The notes under the pieces were generated by a model, which was given only the letters and a program-made list of their open reading frames with translations, made no database searches and was not told where the DNA came from. The translations under genes were made by a program, and so were the position numbers. A stretch of DNA of 64,000 nt from an uncultured SAR86 cluster bacterium (GTDB taxonomy: Bacteria > Pseudomonadota > Gammaproteobacteria > Magnimaribacterales > AG-339-G14), in NCBI GenBank assembly GCA_902589965.1, contig CACIUX010000002.1:94998-158997 (forward strand). Reading direction: 5' to 3'. Positions 44,998 to 54,406 of this stretch are shown here, in pieces; position 1 is the first letter of the stretch; every line of letters starts with the position of its first letter.

Positions 44998-45604
44998 ATC
45001 TTTTTTAATTATTTTCTTAAGTCTTTTTTCTTTTACATTAAATGCTAAAGATTACCGACCTGGCATTGATTATCAATTTCTTGATGAAGAGGTTCAAACT
45101 CGTAATCCAGAAAAAATAGAAGTCATTGAATTCTTTTGGTTAGGCTGTGGACATTGTTTCACTCTAGAGGGGCTAATAAGAGATTGGAAGAAAAACCTCA
45201 ATAAGGACATCGACTTTTGGAGAGTTCCAGTGACTTGGAATCCGCCTGCTAAAGAACATGCAAAATTATTTTACGCTGCTGAAGCATTAGGCATGGAAGA
45301 GATAATCGGTTCAGCGTTCACATCCATTCATTTAGATAGGAAATTTCTCACCAGCGAAAGAGAAATAACGGAACTTTTCAGTGCTTTTGGAGTTGAACCT
45401 GACAAGTATCAAGCTATCAGTAATTCATTTCGAATAAAGTCGAACATCAATGCTGCTGATGTGTACGGAAGAAAATATGAAATCATGGGCGTGCCTGCAT
45501 TTATTGTTAATGGAAAGTACAAAGTAAAAGCATCAAGAGATATCCCTACCGAGGAACTCTTGGATGTTGTTGATCATCTAGTAGACATCGAAAGGAGTCA
45601 GTAA
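44978..45604 (+). CDS. dsbA: thiol:disulfide interchange protein DsbA
   Basis: 'FFWLGCGHCF' (CxxC) and 'GVPAFIVNGKY'. Confidence 0.8.
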   Translation: MYQVSIKSFLIIFLSLFSFTLNAKDYRPGIDYQFLDEEVQTRNPEKIEVIEFFWLGCGHCFTLEGLIRDWKKNLNKDIDFWRVPVTWNPPAKEHAKLFYAAEALGMEEIIGSAFTSIHLDRKFLTSEREITELFSAFGVEPDKYQAISNSFRIKSNINAADVYGRKYEIMGVPAFIVNGKYKVKASRDIPTEELLDVVDHLVDIERSQ

Positions 45605-46434
45605 TGTTATATAGATTTAAGTCCAACCTGTTTGTGCCAGGTCATAAAATGCACAACCTAGAAGATATTCAAAAGACCGACGTAAATGCACTGATTATTG
45701 ACTTGGAAGACGGTTGTCCGGATGACCTGAAAAAAGAAGCTCGCGAAGATTTAATCAACAACTTCAAAGACGGAAATAAATTTTCTAAACCGGTTTTTGT
45801 CAGAGTGAACGATCCGATTACAGATTTAGGAAGAGAAGACATAGACTTGATCTCAGATTATCAAGAACAAATAGAAGCCATCATATTGCCCAAGATTCAA
45901 AGTTTTGATTCGTTGGCAACGCTTGCTACCAAGATTGCATTTGAAGACGATCTAATTCCGTTGATTGAAACTCCTCGAGCGGTAGCTACTGTGGATGAGA
46001 TAGCATCTTTTAAAGGAGTTAGAGGATTATTTTTTGGTGCAGCAGATTTTTCAGCAGGTCTTAAAGCTAAATTAGCTTGGGAGCCACTTCTTTATGCAAG
46101 ATCTAAAGTCGCTATTGCAGCAGCAATGTACGATTTATTTACGATTGATGCTCCGTTCTTCTTTCTTGATGATCCTGAGGGATGCGAACAAGAAGCCATT
46201 GCGGTAAAAAATATGGGTTTTACTGGGAAAGCCTGTATTCATCCTTCTCAAGTAGATATCATTAACAAAGCCTTTGAACCAACCAAAGAAGAAAAAGAGG
46301 AAGCAATGAAGGTCTTAAAAGAATACGAAAAGATTGGCGGATCAGGCGTTATCAAGGTCGATGGTAGAATGGTTGATGAACCAATTGCTGAAGCAATGAG
46401 ATTGAGATTAGAGCTGGGAGAAGATGACGATTAA
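45604..46434 (+). CDS. HpcH/HpaI-CitE family acyl-CoA lyase (citramalyl/malyl-CoA lyase-like)
   Basis: 'SNLFVPG', 'IIDLEDG', 'IETPRAV', 'GAADFSA', 'CIHPSQV'. Confidence 0.8.
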   Translation: MLYRFKSNLFVPGHKMHNLEDIQKTDVNALIIDLEDGCPDDLKKEAREDLINNFKDGNKFSKPVFVRVNDPITDLGREDIDLISDYQEQIEAIILPKIQSFDSLATLATKIAFEDDLIPLIETPRAVATVDEIASFKGVRGLFFGAADFSAGLKAKLAWEPLLYARSKVAIAAAMYDLFTIDAPFFFLDDPEGCEQEAIAVKNMGFTGKACIHPSQVDIINKAFEPTKEEKEEAMKVLKEYEKIGGSGVIKVDGRMVDEPIAEAMRLRLELGEDDD

Positions 46435-46952
46435 TGGTTAAAGGCACTAAAGATCTTGGCAATAACAGATATCGAGAAACTTTCGGAAGGTATTTTGAAG
46501 ATTTTGAAATTGGTCATATTTACGAGCATCGACCAGGTCGCACAATAACTCAATCGGATAACACTTGGTTTACCTTACTGACGATGAACACTCATCCGCT
46601 TCATTTCGATGAAGAATACGGCAAGGCAACAGAATTTGGTAAGACACTAGTTAATAGCACCTTTACTGTGGCTGTTATGGTTGGAATGAGCGTTAGCGAC
46701 GTCAGTCAAAAAGCTATTGCAAATCTAGGCTGGACTGACATTGTTTTACCTCATCCTCTTTTTGTGGGCGATACTTTGTATGCTGAATCAGAGGTTCTAG
46801 AGAAAAGGTTGTCAGAATCCAGAGAAAACTGCGGCATAGTCACTGTTAAAACGACTGGCACCAATCAAGACGGCGTGGTTGTAGCTTCATACAAACGCTC
46901 AGCATTGATCCCAACTACAGGTCATGCTGTCGACGACAAAACAAATTACTAA
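46434..46952 (+). CDS. MaoC-like (R)-specific enoyl-CoA hydratase
   Basis: Hot-dog fold pattern: 'GRTITQSDNTWFTLLTMNTHPLHFDEEY'. Confidence 0.8.
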   Translation: MVKGTKDLGNNRYRETFGRYFEDFEIGHIYEHRPGRTITQSDNTWFTLLTMNTHPLHFDEEYGKATEFGKTLVNSTFTVAVMVGMSVSDVSQKAIANLGWTDIVLPHPLFVGDTLYAESEVLEKRLSESRENCGIVTVKTTGTNQDGVVVASYKRSALIPTTGHAVDDKTNY

Positions 46953-48120
46953 ATTGAAGCAATCTCTAAAAGGCATAAAGGTCTTAGATTTAACCCACAT
47001 GCTTGCGGGACCTTACGCGACTATGGTGTTGGCTGATTTGGGAGCTGAGGTTGTCAAAATTGAACAGCCCAAAACAGGAGACATCACCAGAAACCTTCTC
47101 AAAGATGATCCAAAGTACTCGCACGACGGTATCGGTGCCTATCATCTGACTCTTGCTAGAAACAAGAAAAGCGTTGAGTTAGATCTAAAAAGCGATGAAG
47201 GAAAAAAACTTTTTTTGAAATTGGTAGAGGTAGCCGATGTGGTTGTAGATAATTTCAGTCAAGGAGTAACCAAAAGATTAGGCATTGATCACGATAGCTT
47301 AGTGAAAGTAAATTCCAAAATAATTACATGTTCTATAAGTGGTTTTGGCGATACTGAGATCAATCGTCCAGCTTACGATAACATTGTGCAAGGTTATTCG
47401 GGTGCCATGTCCATTACTGGCACTGATAAAAATAATCCAGTTAAATCGGGAATCCCTATAGCAGATCTTGGCGCAGGTCTTTACGCTATTATCGGGATCC
47501 TAAGCGCTATTCGCTCCAGAGAAATCTACGATTACGGGGAGCATGTCGATATCTCCATGTTAGATACTCAAGTAAGCTTGCTGACTTATATGGCAACCAT
47601 GCACTTTTTGTCGGGAGAAGATCCTGATCCTATTGGAAATCAACATATGAATCATGCACCGTTCAATCTATATAAAACTCAGGATAATTTTATCCAAGTT
47701 GCAGTGGTGGCAGAAAACTTTTGGCCCAACTTGATTGAGGCATTGGAATTAAAGCATCTAGATACTCAACAGAACAAAAACAGAAAGGGTAGGTTAGAAA
47801 ACAGAGAAACAATCGATGCAGCCTTACAAGAAAAATTTACCACCAACACAACAAAGCATTGGATAGATTTATTACAGAAACATAGGGTGCCGTGTGGACC
47901 AGTCAATAATTTTTCGGAAACTTTTCAAGATGAAGATCTCTTAAAAAGAAATATGATCATAGATCTCTTGCAAGACAGCGGAGGAACGGTGAAAGTTCCA
48001 GGCAATCCGGTAAAGATTTCTAATCACGATGAAAGCTTTGTTCGTGCACCAAAATTAGGTGAGCATACCGACGAAATAATTAAAAAATGGCTTAATAGAT
48101 TAGAGTCTGATCAAGAATAA
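46924..48120 (+). CDS. family III CoA-transferase (CaiB/BaiF)
   Basis: 'IKVLDLTHMLAGPYATMVLADLGAEVVKIE' and 'DVVVDNF'. Confidence 0.85.
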   Translation: MLSTTKQITKLKQSLKGIKVLDLTHMLAGPYATMVLADLGAEVVKIEQPKTGDITRNLLKDDPKYSHDGIGAYHLTLARNKKSVELDLKSDEGKKLFLKLVEVADVVVDNFSQGVTKRLGIDHDSLVKVNSKIITCSISGFGDTEINRPAYDNIVQGYSGAMSITGTDKNNPVKSGIPIADLGAGLYAIIGILSAIRSREIYDYGEHVDISMLDTQVSLLTYMATMHFLSGEDPDPIGNQHMNHAPFNLYKTQDNFIQVAVVAENFWPNLIEALELKHLDTQQNKNRKGRLENRETIDAALQEKFTTNTTKHWIDLLQKHRVPCGPVNNFSETFQDEDLLKRNMIIDLLQDSGGTVKVPGNPVKISNHDESFVRAPKLGEHTDEIIKKWLNRLESDQE

Positions 48121-49149
48121 ATGAGAATTATGGAAAAAGTATTATTGACAGGTGTAACGGGATTCATTGGATTGCATTGTTGCAAACAACTTCTTGATCA
48201 AGGTTATGCTGTCAGAGGCACTCTTCGAGATAAGATCAGAAAAGAAGAAGTCATTACTGCCATGAAAGAATTAAATACTTCAGTAGAAAATTTAGAAATT
48301 ATTGAGTTAGATTTATTGAACGATGAAGGCTGGGAAGAAGCAGGGAGAGATTGTGATTATGTTATGCACGTTGCTTCTCCAATATCAGCTAGCGTTTCTG
48401 TGGACGAAGAAGTTCTTATCAGGCCTGCCGTTGACGGTACTCTTCGTGCTCTCAATGCAGCAAAAGCAAATAAAGCAAAGAAAGTGATTTTAACCTCATC
48501 AGTGGCTTCAATTTTTTATGATGATTCCGATAAAAAAAATTACGATGAAAATGATTGGTCAGATATTGATTCAAATAAGATTACTCCGTATGCAAAGAGT
48601 AAAACTATGGCGGAGAAGTTTGCTTGGGAATTCATTGATAACTTAGTCGAAGACGAAAAATTTCCATTAACTGTCTTTTGTCCTTACATGGTTTTGGGGC
48701 CTGCACTTTCGCCTGACTTAGGTGGGACAAACGTTTTAGTCCAGATGTTAACGTCTGGAAAATTACCAGCAACTCCAAATATTCATCTTGGTATTGTTGA
48801 TGTAAGAGACGTCGCACAAGCTCATGTAGACGCTATCTCAAATCAAGGTTCTAATAATGAGCGTTTTATTCTTTGTACCTCAAGTTTCTGGTTGCACGAA
48901 ATTTCTCAAATATTGATTGAGGCAGGTTTTACAAAAGCTCCTAAATTAAGATTACCCAATTTTGTCTTAAGATTTGCTGCTCTTTTTAGCGCGAGAGCTA
49001 AAGAGAGTGTCAGGATGCTTGGTGATCCCCAGTTTCTCTCAAATGAAAAAGTAAAAACTATATTGAATTGGCAGCCTAGACCTGTTGAAGAAACTTTAGT
49101 GGATACCGCAAAAAGCCTGGAAGGCCAGGATCAGATTTCAATCCCTTAG
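48121..49149 (+). CDS. NAD-dependent epimerase/dehydratase-family reductase (dihydroflavonol/aldehyde reductase-like)
   Basis: 'LTGVTGFIGLH' and 'YAKSK' (YxxxK). Confidence 0.75.
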   Translation: MRIMEKVLLTGVTGFIGLHCCKQLLDQGYAVRGTLRDKIRKEEVITAMKELNTSVENLEIIELDLLNDEGWEEAGRDCDYVMHVASPISASVSVDEEVLIRPAVDGTLRALNAAKANKAKKVILTSSVASIFYDDSDKKNYDENDWSDIDSNKITPYAKSKTMAEKFAWEFIDNLVEDEKFPLTVFCPYMVLGPALSPDLGGTNVLVQMLTSGKLPATPNIHLGIVDVRDVAQAHVDAISNQGSNNERFILCTSSFWLHEISQILIEAGFTKAPKLRLPNFVLRFAALFSARAKESVRMLGDPQFLSNEKVKTILNWQPRPVEETLVDTAKSLEGQDQISIP

Positions 49150-49394
49150 GGATTGGGATTGGACGCGCTGCCTGCGCTGGATCTTCTTCTTAAAGCTTCT
49201 TGAGCAACTTCCCTTTGTCTCTCAATTTGTTGCTTTGTATAACAAACCTTCTTCTTTATATTACTCCCCGTAATTTCCTCAACCTTACATATTAAATTAC
49301 TGTTCGAATCATTTGATGCGGATTCATCTGAAACTTCATCTACAGCGCAACTCAGTAAGAAACTAGATAGGAAAAATAATAAAAAAGTTTTCAT
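49146..49394 (-). CDS. small lipoprotein, paralogue 2
   Basis: The ATG at 49394 gives 'MKTFLLFFLSSFLLSCA'. It shares 'C..EE.TGS.IKK.VCY.KQQ' with the upstream gene. Confidence 0.5.
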   Translation of the reverse strand: MKTFLLFFLSSFLLSCAVDEVSDESASNDSNSNLICKVEEITGSNIKKKVCYTKQQIERQREVAQEALRRRSSAGSASNPNP

Positions 49395-49657
49395 TGATAA
49401 AATGGCTCGAGATGCATAGGGAAAATATCCATTTGCCTTATCGCAGACCTTGTTTCCATCTCTCTGGTTATTTGAAGTTGTTTGTTGTAACAGACTCTTT
49501 TTTTGATGTAACTTCCAGTCATACTTTCGTAAAAGCATTTTAATTCTTCTTTATTTTTTGAATGTTTTACATCCCTATCCACATTAGCCAAGGTGGCCAT
49601 GTTATTAGCACAAGAAAAAAAGGCAAAACTAATTAAAATAATGTAAAGCAACTTCAT
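49391..49657 (-). CDS. small lipoprotein, paralogue 1
   Basis: 'MKLLYIILISFAFFSCA' lipobox and 'CFYESMTGSYIKKRVCYNKQ'. It has an ATGA overlap with paralogue 2. Confidence 0.5.
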   Translation of the reverse strand: MKLLYIILISFAFFSCANNMATLANVDRDVKHSKNKEELKCFYESMTGSYIKKRVCYNKQLQITREMETRSAIRQMDIFPMHLEPFYQ

Positions 49658-49747
49658 TCAAACTCCTTTTTTTAGGTTCTGTTAATTTTTAATGAATATA
49701 ATAGTGTTTTATTTTAAAGCACAAAAGACTGATAAAATTATTTTTTT

Positions 49748-51055
49748 ATGGAAAATAGATTTCATTCTAATGTCATAATCGTTCAATCGGATTTAAAAAA
49801 AGTTACCGACTTATCAAATCCTATTGATCCCTTTAACGAATTCAAAGAGCTTGTAGGATCAACAGGAGCTAATATTCTTAAAAAGTATCATGGTCAGCAA
49901 AACAATCTTTCTGCAAAGTACTTTTTGGGTAAAGGAAAAGTTGATGAAATTAGTGAAGCTACAAAAAATTACAAAGCTGATCTTGTCATTTTTAATCATG
50001 ATTTATCGCCCTCTCAAGAAAGGAATTTAGAAAAAGAACTTCGAACAAGGGTCTTAGATAGAACAGGATTGATTTTAGATATTTTTGCCTCAAGAGCGAC
50101 CAGTCACATCGGTAAGATGCAAGTTGAGCTAGCCCAGCTGAATCACTTATCAACAAGGCTTGTGAGAGGATGGAGTCACTTAGAAAGGCAAAAAGGAGGA
50201 ATTGGTTTGAGAGGTCCCGGTGAAACCCAATTGGAAACCGATAGAAGGCTTATAGCAAACCGAATTAAATCCATTAAAAAAAGACTAGAGAAGAGTCACC
50301 GCCAAAAAAAATTAAATCGATACGCAAGGAAAAAAGGCAACAATCACGTCTTGGCTTTGGTTGGATACACCAATGCAGGAAAAACAACTTTATTTAATAA
50401 ATTAACTGGATCTGATCAATACGAAGCAGATCAATTGTTTGCTACCTTGGATACTGTTACAAGAAAAAATTTAAGCCCTGGTACAGGGTCGATTCTCTTT
50501 ATCGATACTGTCGGTTTTATTTCCAACTTACCTACTGCTTTGATTGAATCATTCAAGGCAACACTAGAGGATCTTCGAGAAGCAGATCTTTTACTTCATG
50601 TATCTGATGTGAGCGACATTGATTGTGATTTCAAATTCAGAGAAGTAAATAAAATCTTGCGAGAAATAAACGCTGATAACATTCCTCAAATCATAGTAAA
50701 CAATAAAATTGACCAGGCAGATGAAGCCGATGCGATTGGAATTTCAGAAGATGTAAATCAAGTTTCGATATCCGCTTCAGAAGGAATAGGCTTGAGTCGT
50801 TTAAAAGACAAGATCACCAATCACTTAAGTAAGGGAATCTACACGGGCAGGCTGTCTGTTAAACAGAAGCTTGGTGGTATTCGAGCATCTTTATATCAAC
50901 AAGGTTACATAAAACATGAGTCAGTTATTGATGATAGCTGGTTATTTGATGTGGTTATCGGTAATTTTGAACTGAATCAATTGCTAGAGCAGGATGGTGT
51001 GGATTTAGTTTCTCAACAGAACCAAGAAGAGCTATCAAACAATTTAGTGGGCTAG
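49748..51055 (+). CDS. hflX: GTPase HflX
   Basis: 'GPGETQLE.DRR' and 'GYTNAGKTTLFN'. Confidence 0.9.
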   Translation: MENRFHSNVIIVQSDLKKVTDLSNPIDPFNEFKELVGSTGANILKKYHGQQNNLSAKYFLGKGKVDEISEATKNYKADLVIFNHDLSPSQERNLEKELRTRVLDRTGLILDIFASRATSHIGKMQVELAQLNHLSTRLVRGWSHLERQKGGIGLRGPGETQLETDRRLIANRIKSIKKRLEKSHRQKKLNRYARKKGNNHVLALVGYTNAGKTTLFNKLTGSDQYEADQLFATLDTVTRKNLSPGTGSILFIDTVGFISNLPTALIESFKATLEDLREADLLLHVSDVSDIDCDFKFREVNKILREINADNIPQIIVNNKIDQADEADAIGISEDVNQVSISASEGIGLSRLKDKITNHLSKGIYTGRLSVKQKLGGIRASLYQQGYIKHESVIDDSWLFDVVIGNFELNQLLEQDGVDLVSQQNQEELSNNLVG

Positions 51056-51120
51056 GCAGGATTCAAACCTGCGACCTTCTGCTCCGGAGGCAGACGTTCT
51101 ATCCACTGAACTACTAGCCC
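51048..51120 (-). tRNA. tRNA-Arg (anticodon CCG)
   Basis: The reverse complement folds as a cloverleaf: GGGCTAG-TA-GTTC/AGTGGATA/GAAC-G-TCTGC/CTCCGGA/GCAGA-AGGTC-GCAGG/TTTGAAT/CCTGC-CTAGCCC-A. No CCA is encoded. Confidence 0.85.
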
Positions 51121-51203
51121 TTTTTTTCATAACATCAGGTTCTAGATATAAAATTTTTTCAACCCCCGAAGATATTAGAGATTCAATGATCTATAATCGC
51201 CCC

Positions 51204-51815
51204 ATGAAAAATTTTATATTATTAGTTTTTGTTCTTTCTCATGCAACTTTTGCTCAAGATATGAGACCAGAATCCATAGAAAAAAGAATTATGCCTTTAG
51301 GTCAGGTATGTATGGAAGGTGACGGTTGCGGAATAAGAACAGCGGGCCCAGGTTACAAAGTAGCAATCAATTCTGGATCTATGTCTTCTGCATCAAATGA
51401 AGACCAAGCTAATAAGGTTCAACTTTCCGAAGGTAATGTGCACACCATTGAAATGAAAAATGAAGGGGCAGATGGCACCATGGTGTTTGAACCAGGAGTA
51501 ATAAAGGTCTCAGTTGGTGACACCATCAATTTTGTATTAACGGATCAACTTCATAACTCAGCTAGTCTCCCAGGGATGATTCCTGCCGGAGCCGAAGCAT
51601 GGACTGGGGAAATCAATCAAGAGATAAGCATTACGTTAGATAAAGAAGGTGTTTATGTCTACAACTGCACTCCGCATGCAATGATGGCTATGGTCGGGGT
51701 AATTCAAGTTGGAGAAGCTTCTAATATTAATGAAATCAAGTCGGCTGCAAATGACTTGAAATCAACCTTTATCATGAACAACGATCGATTAGATGGTTAT
51801 CTTTCAAGACTATAA
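51204..51815 (+). CDS. pseudoazurin-type cupredoxin with ~80-aa N-terminal extension
   Basis: Signal peptide and copper ligands in 'LHN' and 'YNCTPHAMMAMVG' (C-x-P-H-x-x-M). Confidence 0.75.
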   Translation: MKNFILLVFVLSHATFAQDMRPESIEKRIMPLGQVCMEGDGCGIRTAGPGYKVAINSGSMSSASNEDQANKVQLSEGNVHTIEMKNEGADGTMVFEPGVIKVSVGDTINFVLTDQLHNSASLPGMIPAGAEAWTGEINQEISITLDKEGVYVYNCTPHAMMAMVGVIQVGEASNINEIKSAANDLKSTFIMNNDRLDGYLSRL

Positions 51816-52146
51816 GCTTTTTAAATTTTTAGGATTAATAACGTTCTTACTTTTTGTTTCTTGTTCAGAAGAAAATAAATCTCCTGTTTCAACAATAAGT
51901 GAATCAAGAACAACTGAGGAGATTTATACTCAAGCGTGCGCGTTCTGTCACGATAGAGGAATGGCTGGTGCCCCAATTTTTGCAAACACATACTCATGGG
52001 GTCAAAGAGTTGATAAAGGAATTGATACATTAACTTACAACGTTAAGTACGGTTTGAACGCAATGCCAGCAATGGGACTGTGCGCAGATTGCACCGATGA
52101 AGAGTTAAAAGCAGTTGTCCAATATATGCTTGATTCCTTGGACTAG
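51793..52146 (+). CDS. cytochrome c5-type monohaem cytochrome, lipoprotein
   Basis: Lipobox 'FVSCS', haem site 'CAFCHD', and c5-type 'MPAMGLCADCTDEELKAVV'. Confidence 0.7.
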   Translation: MVIFQDYKLFKFLGLITFLLFVSCSEENKSPVSTISESRTTEEIYTQACAFCHDRGMAGAPIFANTYSWGQRVDKGIDTLTYNVKYGLNAMPAMGLCADCTDEELKAVVQYMLDSLD

Positions 52147-52841
52147 CACTTAGATATGGCTTCTTCCATATCGTACCAACTTTTAATTTCCTGAACGGGA
52201 CAACCATCAGAATCCGGCCACTCGTTATTAAGTTCGTTATACCAAATTGCCCTGCATCCGGCATTCAAGGCACCTTTAACATCGCATTCTGTATGATCGC
52301 CAATATGACAAATTGAGGCAGCTTTTTCTGAAGTGAATTCCATAGCTTTCTCAAAGTGGGTTGCTGAGGGTTTACTATCGTTTAATTCTTCCGCACTGAA
52401 GCTAAAATTAAAATAGTGATCTATGCCGAGCCTCTTGATGTCTGCATTGCCGTTTGTAAGAACACCCAAAGTATATTTTTCTTTTAGTCGGGCTAGAACT
52501 TCTTCGACACCATCAAACAAAGTAAGTTGATGTCTACCATTCATGAATATTTGTAATGCTTCAGATGAGAGTTTCTCCGCCTGTTGCTCGGTTTGGCCTA
52601 AGCTTTGCAGAATGTTTTTAAAGACATTGAAACGAAGTTCACTCAGTCTGTGACGCATTGTTGGATCTTTCTCAATAAGTTGTCCCCATACTTCTCTTTC
52701 CTTATTGGTACCCAATATTTCCTTAACGCTAGGAACTTGACTGGCTAGAAAATCATTAGCACTTTTGTGAGCAGCCAATATCGTTTCTCTCAAAGGCCAG
52801 AGAGTATCATCCAAATCAAATGTTACTACTTTAATGGTCAT
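52143..52841 (-). CDS. HAD-superfamily hydrolase (YigB-like)
   Basis: 'VTFDLDDTLW'. It sits downstream of xerC, as in the E. coli dapF-yigA-xerC-yigB operon. Confidence 0.75.
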   Translation of the reverse strand: MTIKVVTFDLDDTLWPLRETILAAHKSANDFLASQVPSVKEILGTNKEREVWGQLIEKDPTMRHRLSELRFNVFKNILQSLGQTEQQAEKLSSEALQIFMNGRHQLTLFDGVEEVLARLKEKYTLGVLTNGNADIKRLGIDHYFNFSFSAEELNDSKPSATHFEKAMEFTSEKAASICHIGDHTECDVKGALNAGCRAIWYNELNNEWPDSDGCPVQEIKSWYDMEEAISKC

Positions 52842-53725
52842 GTTCGTTTTTTCGCATGCGGATGAGCTTTATCATAAACCTTGGCAAGATGTTGGAAATC
52901 TAATTTTGTATATATTTGCGTGGTCGATAAATTAGCATGACCAAGCAACTCCTGAACTGCCCTCAAATCGCCACTAGATTCCAATACATGAGAAGCAAAA
53001 GAATGTCTTAACATATGTGGATGCAAGTAAGGAACGCCTTGTTTAACGCTCAATCTTTTTAATCTTTCTTGCACCGTTCTCGCTCCTAATCTGTTTCCCA
53101 TTTTATTGATGAATAAAGCATCCGGTTCGTTTATCTCTACTTCAGTTCTCTTCAACATCCAAGACTCTAATGCTTTCAATGCCATGCCTCCAATGGGCAG
53201 GTCTCTCATTTTGTTTCCTTTGCCAACAACTCTGCAAATTTGATCTTTTAAAGACAAATCAGAGATATTCAAGCTGCATAATTCAGAAAGTCTTAATCCG
53301 GAAGAATAGATTAATTCCGCCATAGCTTTATCTCGGTAATCGATCCATTCTTTCGGATGAAAATCCAGCAGTTGATTTATCAAATCAGCATCGATGGCTT
53401 TGGGTAATAGGTTGGCAGACTTTGGCGCGCTTATCCCCAAAATGGGATTTTTTATTACTATTCTTTCAAAGTTGAGGTAGCGGTAAAAACTTTTCAAACA
53501 AGAAATTAACCTAGCAATGCTTCTCGGACTAAGCCCGCGCCTTCTCTCAATACCAACGAAATCTCTTATGTCAGATTGGCTCACAGCAGCCAGATCTGTG
53601 AATTTTTTTGCTTCGTAGAAAGCGCTGAACTTCTCAAGATCTTTCTTGTAATTTTTCACCGTATGGACAGAAAAATTTCTGACCGTTGATAGGTAATCAA
53701 GAAATTTATTTATTTCCTTTTGCAT
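52838..53725 (-). CDS. xerC: tyrosine recombinase XerC
   Basis: 'HMLRHSFASH' and 'LLGHANLSTTQIYT', with conserved synteny. Confidence 0.9.
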   Translation of the reverse strand: MQKEINKFLDYLSTVRNFSVHTVKNYKKDLEKFSAFYEAKKFTDLAAVSQSDIRDFVGIERRRGLSPRSIARLISCLKSFYRYLNFERIVIKNPILGISAPKSANLLPKAIDADLINQLLDFHPKEWIDYRDKAMAELIYSSGLRLSELCSLNISDLSLKDQICRVVGKGNKMRDLPIGGMALKALESWMLKRTEVEINEPDALFINKMGNRLGARTVQERLKRLSVKQGVPYLHPHMLRHSFASHVLESSGDLRAVQELLGHANLSTTQIYTKLDFQHLAKVYDKAHPHAKKRT

Positions 53726-54401
53726 ATGACTTGCTGAGAATAATTCTATCGATAAATTTACTCAAAGCTGAAACGATGAAAAGGAGAAATAAATTATCCT
53801 TTTCGCTTGAGTATCTTCCTAAAGATTTACTGCCGATCGCAAATATCCCTGTTACCGCAGAGCATTCCAATTTGCATATCGCAGCTTCATGTATTTTAGC
53901 TTTAGCGCCAAAAACAAAATTGCTTATCTCAGGACTTATTCCGCCTTGAATAATATCTTTATCTTTAAATTGATCGCGAAAGAGGTCAGTTGCAAGATCA
54001 GGGCTAGTAACTCTTTCCTTGCCGAATCTTTTTTCATCTTCGCTAAAAAATATTACCCTACAGGCATCGGTGTTAAATGAGTTTATAAAATACGATTCGA
54101 GTTCGTTTACCGTATCGTCTATTGTTGAGCTAGCCAATAAACCAAGAATTATTTCTCTCGAGAGCAGAAATAATTTTTCGTTCCTTTTTGCATTTTCGAG
54201 AATCTGGATTAAATGTTTATTTGCTTGGTCTGAGGATTTTCTTAATTCAATAATCTGTTTTTCTATTAGAGAAATCGCATCACCGGATTCATGTTTAAGA
54301 TTTATCTGGTTCAAAGACTCAGGATTTAAATTAAAGAAATCAGGATTTTCTCTTAGATATTCGACAACTTCTTCAGAAGAAATCTTTGACGAGTTTGACA
54401 T
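53706..54401 (-). CDS. DUF484 (YigA-like) protein
   Basis: 'VVEYLRENPDFF' at the N-terminus, and located between dapF and xerC. Confidence 0.75.
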   Translation of the reverse strand: MSNSSKISSEEVVEYLRENPDFFNLNPESLNQINLKHESGDAISLIEKQIIELRKSSDQANKHLIQILENAKRNEKLFLLSREIILGLLASSTIDDTVNELESYFINSFNTDACRVIFFSEDEKRFGKERVTSPDLATDLFRDQFKDKDIIQGGISPEISNFVFGAKAKIHEAAICKLECSAVTGIFAIGSKSLGRYSSEKDNLFLLFIVSALSKFIDRIILSKSYAKGNK

Positions 54402-54406
54402 GTAAA

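Noticed and set aside
52838-53725. A tyrosine recombinase, considered as a possible integrase marking a mobile element next to the tRNA and HAD genes.
   Set aside because: Sequence and synteny (dapF-DUF484-xerC-HAD) identify it as the housekeeping XerC. No att-like repeats or phage genes are nearby.
54019-54405. 128-aa ORF antisense to the DUF484 gene, and an 87-aa ORF at 53686-53949.
   Set aside because: They overlap the syntenic dapF-DUF484-xerC genes, and I recognise no motifs in them.
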